Assembly (NCBI GenBank): GCA_963785305.1
Contig: CAWAUV010000008.1
Span: 160,001-224,000 of the forward strand
Origin: an uncultured Planctomycetaceae bacterium
Lineage (GTDB): Bacteria > Planctomycetota > Planctomycetia > Pirellulales > PALSA-1355
Reading direction: 5' to 3'
Length of the DNA stretch: 64,000 nt
In this document: one piece after another, positions 52,229 through 61,942 of the stretch
Layout of the letters: each line of letters starts with the position of its first letter
Position numbering within the stretch: the stretch's first letter is position 1
Translations under genes and position numbers: made by a program
Notes under the pieces: generated by a model
Databases searched by the model: none
Seen by the model: only the letters and a program-made list of their open reading frames with translations
What the model was told of the DNA's origin: nothing

Positions 52229-54736
52229 ATGACACGATCGAATCACGCCCCGGGCGCTCCCGGCGCCACCCCGCATTGGGCCGGCGCCGCCAAGACCGGG
52301 GTCGGAACCGCGATTGGCGCCGATAGTTCCGTGTGGTTCACGCTCAGCCGCGGGATCGTTACCGAAGTCATGTATCCCTATGTCGATCATCCCTGTTCGC
52401 GCGGGATGGGTTTCATCGTCACGGATCGCCAAGAACTGTTTTCCGATGAGTTGCGCGACACGGAAAACACGGTCGAATACATTGCCGAAGGCGTGCCCGC
52501 TTTTCATCTGAAGAATCGATGCCGCCAGGGTCGCTACGAAATCGAAAAGACGGTTCTCGCCGACCCGCGCCGCTCGGCGCTCTTGCACGACACGCGATTT
52601 TCGCCGCTCCAGGGCGAGCTGGAGGATTATGCCCTGTTTTTGCTTCTATCGCCGCACATGGGCGACGAAGGCCGGCACAACCATGCCTGGCTTGGCGATT
52701 TCAAGGGCATCCCGATGCTCTTTGCCAAACGCGCCGATCAAACGCTCGCCGTGGCCACGACGTGTCCCTGGCTGAGGCGATCGGTCGGCTTCGTCGGCGC
52801 ATCCGACGGACGGCTCGATCTCGAGCAGCACAAGGTTTTGAAGTGGCAATACGATCGCGCCGACGATGGCAATGTGATGCTCGCCGCGGAAATCGATCTC
52901 GTGGCCACGGAGGGCCGCTTCGTGATCGCGCTTGGATTCGGCCGCGACGAGTTCGACGCCGGGCACCGTGCCCGCGCCACGCTGTTGCAAGGCTTCGAGA
53001 GCGCCCGAGACCACTATGTTGAAAATTGGCGGAAGTGGCATAAGACGCTCCGCCCGATCATCAGATCGCACTCGCATGCTCAAGACATGTGCCTGATAAG
53101 CGCGGTGGTGATGCGCACGCACGAATCGAAGGAATTTCCCGGCGGAATCATTGCCAGCTTGGCGGTGCCCTGGGGCGCGGCCCAAAGCGATCGCGCCGAG
53201 GGATATCACTTGGTCTGGCCGCGCAACATGATCCAAACCGTCGGCGGTCTGCTGGCGGTCAAAGGCCATGAAGACGCGCGGCGAGTCTTGTTCTACCTAC
53301 AAGTAACTCAAGAAGCCGATGGGCACTGGCCGCAGAATATGTTTCTCGATGGCCAGCCGAATTGGAACGGTGTGCAGCTCGATGAAACCGCGTTCGTGAT
53401 TCTGCTCGTCGATCTCGCGCTCCGTGAAGACGCGCTCGACGAAGAAGACGCGAATCGATTCTGGGACATGATCCGCCGGGCCGCGTCGTATCTTGTCATC
53501 CACGGCCCGGTCACGCCGCTCGACCGTTGGGAAGAACAATCGGGCTACTTCGCATCGACGATTCCGGTCGAGATCGCGGCGCTCCTGATCGCCTCGCAAA
53601 TGGCGGAAAAGCAAGGCGAAACCAAGATGGCCAAGTTTCTCCGCGAAACCGCCGACGCCTGGAACGCCGAAATCGAGAGGCTTCTCTATGTCACCGACAC
53701 GGAGCTCGCGCGCGAGGTGGGCGTCGAAGGTTACTATGTCCGATTCGCCGCCGCCGATCAGCGTCGTCACGACACGGCCGCCGCCGGCGAGGTCGATCTG
53801 GCCAATCATCCGCCGGGCGCGGGGCACATGGAGCTTCGGAACATCGTGAGCCCCGACGCGCTGGCGCTGGTGCGATTCGGTCTGCGCGCCGCGAACGATC
53901 CGCGGATCGAAAACACGGTGCGCGTGATCGATCACTTGCTGCGAGTCGAAACACCGCACGGCGTCGGCTGGCATCGCTATAGCAACGACGGCTATGGCGA
54001 ACACGCCGACGGAAGCCCCTATCGCAAGCATGGCATCGGCCGCGTTTGGCCGCTGCTCTCCGGCGAGCGAGGCCACTATGAGCTCGCCGCGGGGCGCCGC
54101 GATCTGGCCGAAAAAATGGTCGAATCGATGGAAGGCTTCGCCAACGAAAGCGGCTATATCTCGGAGCAAGTTTGGGATTCGCCCGACATTCCGGAGCACA
54201 ACCTCCACTTCGGCCGGCCCTCGGGTTCGGCGATGCCGCTCGTTTCGGCGCATGCGGAGTACGTCAAGCTTCGCCGCTCGCTTGAAGTGGGCAAGCTGTT
54301 CGATCTGCCGCCGCAAACCGAGGAGCGATATGTCAAGCAATGCAACGTGTGCCGCCGCGTGTATTGGCGATTCGAGCAACCGTGCATCGCGATCGAAGTC
54401 GGATCGACGCTCCGCTTGGAAGCTCGCGCGGCCGCCGAGATCGAGTGGAGCTTCGACAACTGGCGCACACTGAGCACGACGGCCACGGTCGACTCCCATT
54501 TTGGAATCCATTACGTCGACCTGCCCACCGAGTCACTTGCCGCGGGCGACGTGGCCCGATTCACCTTCCACTGGATCGAAGCCGATCACTGGGAAGGTCG
54601 CAACTTCGAAGTGTCGATCAAACCGGCCGCCGGTAAGCGCGAGAAGGCCGTTCGTGGCAAGCGGCTCTCGCAAGACGGCGCGCAAACCGGCAAATCAGGC
54701 GGCCAAAGGGCGAATCGCTCTCGCGCTCGGCATTAG
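52229..54736 (+). CDS. Glucoamylase/glucodextranase, GH15 family
   Basis: KTGVGTA...VWFT, GYHLVWPR, QLDETA, DRWEE, RYSNDGYGE, SEQVWD, GSAMPL; AAGGA RBS. Confidence 0.92.
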   Translation: MTRSNHAPGAPGATPHWAGAAKTGVGTAIGADSSVWFTLSRGIVTEVMYPYVDHPCSRGMGFIVTDRQELFSDELRDTENTVEYIAEGVPAFHLKNRCRQGRYEIEKTVLADPRRSALLHDTRFSPLQGELEDYALFLLLSPHMGDEGRHNHAWLGDFKGIPMLFAKRADQTLAVATTCPWLRRSVGFVGASDGRLDLEQHKVLKWQYDRADDGNVMLAAEIDLVATEGRFVIALGFGRDEFDAGHRARATLLQGFESARDHYVENWRKWHKTLRPIIRSHSHAQDMCLISAVVMRTHESKEFPGGIIASLAVPWGAAQSDRAEGYHLVWPRNMIQTVGGLLAVKGHEDARRVLFYLQVTQEADGHWPQNMFLDGQPNWNGVQLDETAFVILLVDLALREDALDEEDANRFWDMIRRAASYLVIHGPVTPLDRWEEQSGYFASTIPVEIAALLIASQMAEKQGETKMAKFLRETADAWNAEIERLLYVTDTELAREVGVEGYYVRFAAADQRRHDTAAAGEVDLANHPPGAGHMELRNIVSPDALALVRFGLRAANDPRIENTVRVIDHLLRVETPHGVGWHRYSNDGYGEHADGSPYRKHGIGRVWPLLSGERGHYELAAGRRDLAEKMVESMEGFANESGYISEQVWDSPDIPEHNLHFGRPSGSAMPLVSAHAEYVKLRRSLEVGKLFDLPPQTEERYVKQCNVCRRVYWRFEQPCIAIEVGSTLRLEARAAAEIEWSFDNWRTLSTTATVDSHFGIHYVDLPTESLAAGDVARFTFHWIEADHWEGRNFEVSIKPAAGKREKAVRGKRLSQDGAQTGKSGGQRANRSRARH

Positions 54737-54766
54737 CGAGCGGATGAAAAATGACTTTCCACGAAT

Positions 54767-54797
54767 CGCTCTTCCCTGGGAGAGGGTCGAGAGAGCG
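54767..54797. repeat. Second copy of the CCCTCTC...GGGAGAG-type repeat
   Basis: cgctcttccctgggagagggtcgagagagcg between convergent gene ends; similar to 21054-21087. Confidence 0.45.
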
Positions 54798-54831
54798 ACA
54801 CCGCGAGTAGGCCGAAAATTCCTTCGCCACC

Positions 54832-56651
54832 TCAGTCCCACCACCAGTTGTCTTGCGGACGGCTGCCCGGGGCCGACGACGAGAGGTCGATTTTGAGTTT
54901 GCCTGTCGGGTCGGGCCGCGCGGCGTCGGGCTCGGCGGCCTTCCAGGGGTTGGCCGACACCCCGCCGCTCACGCCCGCGAGAATATGCTTGCCGTTGATC
55001 ACGCGGTGGTTGATCACCGATTCGACCATGCGCGGCGCCGGACCGAGCGGCGCGTGGTACTGGGCCGGATCGTTGAAACAGGTCATGTGCCAGTCGACTT
55101 GATCCGGCACATGGTTCGTCTTGATGATCGCCGTGGCGAGCGCCAGATCGAAAATATTTTGCAGCTCGGCGTACACCGGATACTTTTGGGCCAGGGCCTC
55201 GAAGTGGTCGGTGAAGCTTTGGGTAAAGGTTTGATTCAGTTCAGCGGCCCGGCCGGTATGCACCCGCTGTCCCGCGACCAGCTTCTCGTCTTCGCCCAGC
55301 ACTTGCACTCCCGAGCCGCGGATCTCGAAGGCTTGGTGATTGTCGCTCACTCGCACCGTATCGTAGTTCATGGTGAACCACCAGCGGAGCACTCCCAGGG
55401 GCGGCGGCGCTTGGCCAGCGGGCACATGCACCGAATTCAGATAGCTGATCACGCCCGGCGTGCCCGGCTCGAGGCCCATGCCGATGAGCTTCATGTGGTA
55501 GTCGGCCTCGACGAGCGTTTGTCCGGTGCGTGTCCGCGGGTCGACGCCATCGACATCGATTCGCTGCTTGCCCAAGTGATTGCGAACTTGTTTGAGCCAC
55601 GCTTCTCGCCGGGCCGCGCCCGCCGCGAGCGGCTTCTTGGCCGACGCTTCGAGGAAGACTTGGGTCGCTTTGAGGTTTTCATCGAGCGGAGTAATCGAGC
55701 AGCCAAACACGGCGCCCGGCTTGTCCATCAGGCAGCGGAGCACCACCACCAGATCGTCGAGCCGCACCACCGGCCGGCCCGAGCCCTGGGCCACCACGCG
55801 ATTCTCATCGCCCACGCCGCCAATGATCGGCTGGTCCGGCCAGCACCACATCGCCCGATTCGGGATACACGAGCACATATTTAATTCGCTCGAGCCCGGC
55901 CATAAATTGCATTTCCTCGGAAGGTCGGCGGCCTTCGGCGGCGAGCAGTTGCACCGCGCGCTCGAGCCGGGTGAGTGAAATCTTGCGCAGATTCGAGACC
56001 CGATGCGCGTTTTGATTGCCGTCGGCATGTTTGGCGGCGCGGCGCACCAGCTCCAGGTCATCTTCTTGCGTGGCGGGCGCCGCGGTGGCTTCGGCTCGCT
56101 TAAGCGCACCTTCGGAATCGACAAACACGCCGGTGCGAAATTCGGCCACGGAGCCCGGTCCACCGACTTCGTCCCAACTCGTGGGCGCGATCGTGCTTGT
56201 CACAAGATCGATCAGCGATTTGAAGTCGGCCATTTGATTTCCACCGCGAGCGCCGGTGAATGGCTTGATCTCCTGGAGCGCTTTGTTGCGGGCGAGGTCG
56301 CCGCGCATGGCGCCGATGGTCGAGATCGCCTGGCTGCCGGCGCCGATCTTGGCTTGTTGATCGGCGATGCGCCAGCCACGCGTCGCGCTTCCCCGGCTCA
56401 AGCTGCTGGGCCATGCGCACGGCGGGAGCAAACTCCCCCGAGTCGATCGCGGCTTGAATCGCCGCCAGACCGCCGGACTCGGCGTTCTTTTCGGTGGGCT
56501 CGGCGGCTTGCGATTGGAATGTGAACGGCCCTTGGCCGACGCCGCAGCAGGCCACCGCGGCGAGCACGATCGCCCAAGCTCCGCGCGAGCGTCCGAAGCC
56601 GCGAGTCCGAGCCCGACCAGCCTTAACCCAAGGTTTGCATTTCGTGGTCAT
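54832..56651 (-). CDS. DUF1598-like exported protein; 2 frameshifts
   Basis: DFKSLIDLVTSTIAPTSWDEVGGPG, LRKISLTRLE, LVEADYHMKLIGMG, RWWF, C-terminal WWWD; shifts near 56370 and 55830. Confidence 0.78.
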
Positions 56652-57021
56652 AGCCGCCTCTCCCTCTGTTCGCATTTCGAAGCGTTCCGGAATCTTTTTT
56701 AGGGCCTATCCGCCGCATGGCGCCGCCTATCGACCAGCTTCGTTCGTCGCCGGCGGCATGTCAAGAAAATTGCCAGTTCCGGGCGAAAGACCGGAAAAAG
56801 CTCGGCCCGGAACGCCGGAATAATCGGCCCTGCCCAAGAGTTTTCAGCAAACCGGCGGTCGCGGCAGCAGAGCGGCGGCCCCTCGTGGCGACGTTTTTTT
56901 GCGGGGACCGAAGCGTTGTGGTAGGCTGCCGAAATTCCGCGCCAAGACCCAGGGGATCTGCGAGACGATGTTCGGCGCAGAAACTTTTTCCTTCGGCCAC
57001 GGGAGTCCTCGGGGCGTGAAA

Positions 57022-57525
57022 ATGCAGAACGGTTGCTTCGTGCTTTTCATCAGCGTGTTCTACGCCGTCGGCTTTGGTCTCCTGGGCTGCGGCCTTTGGA
57101 ACGTCATGCGCTCCAGCCAAGCGGGGGCTTGGCCGACGGTCCCCGGCAAGACCACTCACTTGGCGATCGACGAACACCCGGGTAGCGAGGGAGGCACAAG
57201 CTACGAGGTGAAGGTCAAATACACGTACACCGTGGGTGGCGTGGCTTATGAGGGCTCGCGTCTCGCGTTTGGCTACGGAGGCAGCAGCGGGCGGGACGCG
57301 CATGAACGGATCTACCAAAAGCTCCAGGCGGCCAAGACGGTGGCCGTGCATTATGATCCGTCGGAGCCGTCGGTATCGTGCCTTTCCCATGGGGTGCATC
57401 GGTCGATTCAGATCATGCTGGCGTTCGCGTGTACTTGGCTGCTATTCGTGATCGGGTTCACCGTGCTGTTTTGGTTGTTTTCGCTGAGCGACACCGTGCT
57501 GCTCGATAACTTGTCGGTTCAGTGA
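57022..57525 (+). CDS. DUF3592-like membrane protein
   Basis: TM - WPTVPG...VKYTYTVGGVAYEG...VHYDPSEP - TM. Confidence 0.8.
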   Translation: MQNGCFVLFISVFYAVGFGLLGCGLWNVMRSSQAGAWPTVPGKTTHLAIDEHPGSEGGTSYEVKVKYTYTVGGVAYEGSRLAFGYGGSSGRDAHERIYQKLQAAKTVAVHYDPSEPSVSCLSHGVHRSIQIMLAFACTWLLFVIGFTVLFWLFSLSDTVLLDNLSVQ

Positions 57526-57580
57526 GCCAAAAACGGGTCCAGTTCCGAGCCACGGCAAGGATGGCGGCAGTGGGAGAAAA

Positions 57581-57641
57581 CCCGCAAGCTTGAAGCGCGA
57601 GCGAAAGAATGGCTTCGTTGGCGCTTCAGGCTTTTGTCGGG
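57581..57641. repeat. REP-like inverted doublet between convergent genes
   Basis: aagcttgaagcgcgagcgaa pairs with ttcgttggcgcttcaggctt (17/20); same family as 48019-48147. Confidence 0.7.
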
Positions 57642-57706
57642 ATTTTGACGCGGCCTCGGGTTCGTGTTCCGTTCGCGGCTCGCGGCGGCGAATATCGGTT
57701 TGCCCG

Positions 57707-59509
57707 TCAGCCGGGAGAAGCCTCGCCCGCGGGGGGCGGCGATTCGCGGGAAGCGCCCGCAATCACTTGCTCGCACGTTTTTACAAGCTGGTCCAAGCGA
57801 AATGGCTTGTACAACACCGCGTAGCTCGGCAGCCCCGCTTGCCGGGCTTTCACGATCGAATGGCCGGGGTCGTAGCCGAAGCCGGTCATCAGCACCAATG
57901 GCGGATTCGTCATGATCGCTTGCAGCTTGACGAGCAAATCGTAACCGCTCAAGTCAGGTAGGCGAATGTCGGCGATCACCACATCGTAGTTGCCTTCGAG
58001 CGCCATGTTGCGCACCATGAACACCGCTTCGCCGCCATCGTGGGCCGTTTCCACGACGCAGCCATAGCGTTCGAGCAGGTTGTGCGCAGCGCTGCGCACG
58101 CTATCGTCGGCGTCGACCACGAGAATCCTTCGGCCGCAGAGCAGCGAGCGCTCGGTCTCGGCGGGTTGGTTGCTCGGCACGGCTTGCACCGGCGTCATTT
58201 GCTGGCCCACGCGCTGGATCAAATGCTTGATATCTCGCGCGTTGCGAAGAATGTTTTGCAGTCGCTCGACCACGCCGGGCTCATGGCCGATATAGCGCTC
58301 CATGATATTCACGGCTTCGTTCAAAATCGCGTCGACCGGCAGCGCGACCGCGCTATGGATCGCCTCGACGCTTTCGGCCGCGGTCGAGGCTTTTTCGGCC
58401 ACGAGCAATTCGAGCGTGTTGAGGGCCACGGCCACGTCGCGCGTGAAGATCTCCAGAAACTGCGAATCGCTTTCCGTGAACGCCCGCGGCTCGGGGCTCT
58501 CGACATTGAAGGTGCCGATCACCTGGTCGTGCAGCACCAGCGGCACGGTGAGCGAGCTCTTGGCGCCCTTGCAGCCTTCGAGAAACAAGGGGTCGGCCGT
58601 CGTGTCCTCGCAGAGATAGGTTTGACCCGTGGCGGCCACGAACCCGGTGACGCCGTTGTTTTGGGTTTGCGCATACAGCGCCCGGTCGGCCGCCTCGGGC
58701 AAGAGCCCCATCGAAAGCAGCGGCGCGAGCCGGCCGGTCTTTTGGTCGAGCAAGCGAATCTCGACCACGTTGAAATTCAATAGGTCCTTGGTGAACTGCA
58801 AGATGTTCGATTTGAGCAGATTGATGCGATCTTCGACCGACATGCCCGAGAGCACATCGGGAGTAAGGTCGGCGAGCTCGATTCCGGCCTGATGGATGGC
58901 GGCCATCTTCTGCTGCTGGAGCATTTCCGAGGTCACGTCGCGCACCGTGACGATTAAATGCGTCGCGGCGTCTTGCGGCTCGACGACCGGGGCGGCATGG
59001 ACTTTGAAATAGCGATTGTCGCCGGAGCGCAAGGTCGAGCCGCTTGGGCGCCCCGTGGCTAGGGCGGTGTGAAACGGACAGAAATCAGGACCCAGAATCT
59101 CGGGCGAGCCCAGCACCGCGTAAAAGTTTCCGCCCAAGATCTGCTCGCGGCCGGTCCATTCGCGCAGCCGGCCGTTGCCCCAGAGAATGGTGTTGTCCGA
59201 ATCGAGCAGCACTACCGCGTCGGGCATGCCTTCGAGGATGCGGTCGTTTTGCAACAATTGGCCGAGCTGCTCGGCGTCGCCCAGCGCGTCGCTGGCGATA
59301 AACACACCGGCGTAGGCGTCGCGAGCCAGCGCGCTCAATAGGCGAACCGGATTAGGGGCCTCGATCACATGGCATTGCTCGCGCAGCGCCGCCAGCAGCG
59401 ATTCGTCGGCGGAACGAACATCGCCCACGGATAGAATCTTCGGCTTATCCGAAAACTCCGCGTCGTCGCGCATAATCGTCGCGTTGGTCGTATTGGATTC
59501 GTCAGACAT
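57707..59509 (-). CDS. PAS-GAF-receiver signalling protein without HATPase domain
   Basis: ILEGMPDAVVLLD (PAS), GVTGFVAATG...SLTVPL...IGTFNVES (GAF), ILVVDAD...IADIRLPD...LMTG...KPF (REC); GAGGAGG RBS. Confidence 0.85.
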   Translation of the reverse strand: MSDESNTTNATIMRDDAEFSDKPKILSVGDVRSADESLLAALREQCHVIEAPNPVRLLSALARDAYAGVFIASDALGDAEQLGQLLQNDRILEGMPDAVVLLDSDNTILWGNGRLREWTGREQILGGNFYAVLGSPEILGPDFCPFHTALATGRPSGSTLRSGDNRYFKVHAAPVVEPQDAATHLIVTVRDVTSEMLQQQKMAAIHQAGIELADLTPDVLSGMSVEDRINLLKSNILQFTKDLLNFNVVEIRLLDQKTGRLAPLLSMGLLPEAADRALYAQTQNNGVTGFVAATGQTYLCEDTTADPLFLEGCKGAKSSLTVPLVLHDQVIGTFNVESPEPRAFTESDSQFLEIFTRDVAVALNTLELLVAEKASTAAESVEAIHSAVALPVDAILNEAVNIMERYIGHEPGVVERLQNILRNARDIKHLIQRVGQQMTPVQAVPSNQPAETERSLLCGRRILVVDADDSVRSAAHNLLERYGCVVETAHDGGEAVFMVRNMALEGNYDVVIADIRLPDLSGYDLLVKLQAIMTNPPLVLMTGFGYDPGHSIVKARQAGLPSYAVLYKPFRLDQLVKTCEQVIAGASRESPPPAGEASPG

Positions 59510-60104
59510 TCCCGGGCAGCCTCCTCGGGGAGCGGGTCCCCCCTGACCGTTGCTGGCATTACTATTGTAGGTCTTGTGCCAACAGGGAACAACCTCGTCC
59601 GTCGCGTGACCGCGTAAAACAGCAGTTGGGCTGAGTCGACAATCGAGGATTCGACGCGAGCCAGGCCCCTCTCTTGGCAGGGAAGAACGAGGCGTCGTCG
59701 GATCGCCCGTAAAAAACATCGGTTCTTGCTTGGCGACAACTTCGCCGCAAGCCGGGGCCGACAACCTATGCCGATTCTTCGTCGCGATCCGCATGCTCCC
59801 GGCAGCCCGAAGAGTCTGAATACCGCGGCGGCAGCGCGTTCATGGGCGATCGGCGGCTGGAGGCGCGGCCAAGCGGGACCGCGGTTGATGTCCCACGGAT
59901 GCCAGCGGGAAGTCAAGCAGGCCAACGTGCGACCTCGATGGCCCACGCGCCCCGGGCCCTCATGTCGCGTGCGAGCCACACAAGCGTCGCGAGCGCCACG
60001 ACCGTTCGCCCGACGAGAAAATTCATTGCTGTTGCCCGACACGCCGATTCTTTTAGGGGCGGGCCGCGGCTCGCGCACGAATCTTTGAGCAAAGGATGGC
60101 TGCG

Positions 60105-60347
60105 ATGTGGAGGGCCTTTTTTCTTTCCGTGGGCATCTGTGCCGTGCTGCTGGGACTCGAGAGCCTGGTGGTCGAAAGAATCGTGTTGGCCGCGGGCAGC
60201 GAACACAACGCCAGCGGAATCGCCGAACGCGTGGCGCCGGGACTGCGAGAAGTCGAACCGCCGGAATGGGCGCCCTGGAGCTTGCTGTCGGGCGGCGCGG
60301 TCGTGATTCTCTATACGTTCACGCTGCCGCAAAAGATCAAGGCTTGA
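60105..60347 (+). CDS. Small two-TM hypothetical protein
   Basis: MWRAFFLSVG...PPEWAPWSLLSGGAVVILY; AAGGA RBS. Confidence 0.7.
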   Translation: MWRAFFLSVGICAVLLGLESLVVERIVLAAGSEHNASGIAERVAPGLREVEPPEWAPWSLLSGGAVVILYTFTLPQKIKA

Positions 60348-60476
60348 TCGCGCTCGTCAACCTCGCCAAGCGCGGAGCAAAGCTCGTCGCGGTTCATCCT
60401 GTTGAGTATTTCAACAGGCTGTCAATCCATCGCTTGGCCCAGCCGGAGTGGCTACCGAGCGCGGGGTCGCGGAGGA

Positions 60477-61811
60477 TTATTCTTCTTGCAGCATGCCGTG
60501 GTCGTAGAATTGCTTGCGAGTGATCTCGCCTTTCGGATTCCACTCGATCGACCAGCCATTCTTCACGCCGTGGTCGTAGCCGCGACTCGACCACTTGCTG
60601 CCATCCGGTCGCCAGAACGAAGTCTTGCCCTGGCGCCGATTGTCTTGATAAGAGCCGGCGGCGCGGGCGTTGCCGTTTTCGTGCCACTCGGCCCAGGGAC
60701 CCTCTTTGCGGCCCTTTACATACCGAACTTGCATGCGAACCTTGCCGTTCTTATGCCAGAAGGTTTGCAGCCCGTCGGGCTCGCCCTCGACATAGTGAAC
60801 CTCGGAAGCCTTGAGATGCTCGGGCGTGTCGTGCCATTGGATCCAAAGGCCCTCGGGCTTGCCGTTTACATAACCGCCCTCGACCCGCTTTAAGCCGCTG
60901 ACGAAATAATAAACGAAGTCGCCGATCGGCTCATCGAGATGATATTGGCCCACGAGCTTGGGGTCGCCGTGCGGATGCCACTCGCGGCTGGGACCCTCGC
61001 GGAGATCATCGACATAGGCGACGTCGGAGAATTTCTGGCCGTTTTGATAGTACCGCAGGGCGTGGCCTTGTTTCTTGCCTTGCTTGTACACGACCTCGGT
61101 TTGCGGCTTGCCGTCGGGGAACCACTGGCGGGCGGGCCCATCAAGGAGTCCGTGGTCGAAGCGCCGCTCGACGACCAATGTGCCGTGGTTGGTCCATTCC
61201 CGATGTTCGCCATGATGGGCGCCATCGAGCCAATGGGTGTCGAGGTAGACGCTGCCATCGGGAAAGAAGTGGCGCTCTTGGCCGGTTTTGACGTCGGCGT
61301 GGTACGTGCCCATCTCTTTCAGTTCGCCGCCGGGATACCACTCGCGATAGGGACCTTCCTTGCGGCCATCGAGATAATGATATTCGGTCGCCGGTTTGCC
61401 ATTGCGGTGGAATTCGATTTTTTCGCCGTGGTCGATATAAGCGTCGTTTTCGATGCGAATATCGCGGCGGGCTTTGAGCGCACCGTCCCGGAAGTGTTCT
61501 TCGATGGTTTTGGTGGCCCCGGGAATGAGGACATGCTTGGCGGCGCTAGGGGACTTCGCCCCGGCAGGCGGCTCGATCCTTGGGGCCGACGCATCGTTCG
61601 CGGCAGGCTGCTCCGGCGACCCAGGCGCGATTGGGGCGGCTTCGGCCGCGGGCCCCCCCGGCGCTTCGCCGGCAGGTTTTTTCGCCGGCGCTTCGCCGGC
61701 AGGGCTTGCAGCAGGCGCTTCGCCCGCTGGGGTTGCAGCAGGCGCCGCGGTCGCTTCCGCGGCGGGGCTGGCGGCAAGCGCCGCGACGAGAGCGATGATT
61801 ATTGCGCTCAT
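60477..61811 (-). CDS. Exported MORN-variant (YwqK-like) repeat protein
   Basis: Signal peptide, Pro/Ala linker, about 13 units of ~24 aa (xG...W/Y..NG...Y..G). Confidence 0.85.
   Translation of the reverse strand: MSAIIIALVAALAASPAAEATAAPAATPAGEAPAASPAGEAPAKKPAGEAPGGPAAEAAPIAPGSPEQPAANDASAPRIEPPAGAKSPSAAKHVLIPGATKTIEEHFRDGALKARRDIRIENDAYIDHGEKIEFHRNGKPATEYHYLDGRKEGPYREWYPGGELKEMGTYHADVKTGQERHFFPDGSVYLDTHWLDGAHHGEHREWTNHGTLVVERRFDHGLLDGPARQWFPDGKPQTEVVYKQGKKQGHALRYYQNGQKFSDVAYVDDLREGPSREWHPHGDPKLVGQYHLDEPIGDFVYYFVSGLKRVEGGYVNGKPEGLWIQWHDTPEHLKASEVHYVEGEPDGLQTFWHKNGKVRMQVRYVKGRKEGPWAEWHENGNARAAGSYQDNRRQGKTSFWRPDGSKWSSRGYDHGVKNGWSIEWNPKGEITRKQFYDHGMLQEE
61660..61745. repeat. 27-bp coding tandem repeat, 3 units
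   Basis: ggcgcttcgcc... period 27, encodes PAATPAGEA/PAASPAGEA/PAKKPAGEA. Confidence 0.8.
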
Positions 61812-61942
61812 GGGCAGGTCATGTTCCAATCACCATCGACGATTAAAATCACGATCACCGAGGAACGTTGCCAAGTACGGCAAATACCGGCGGGCTACTC
61901 GGAATTCGTACAATATGGCCGTGGGGGCCAATGTCGCGAGCG

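Noticed and set aside
60477..61811. Toxin-antitoxin module
   Set aside because: YwqK-like repeats only, exported, no toxin neighbour.
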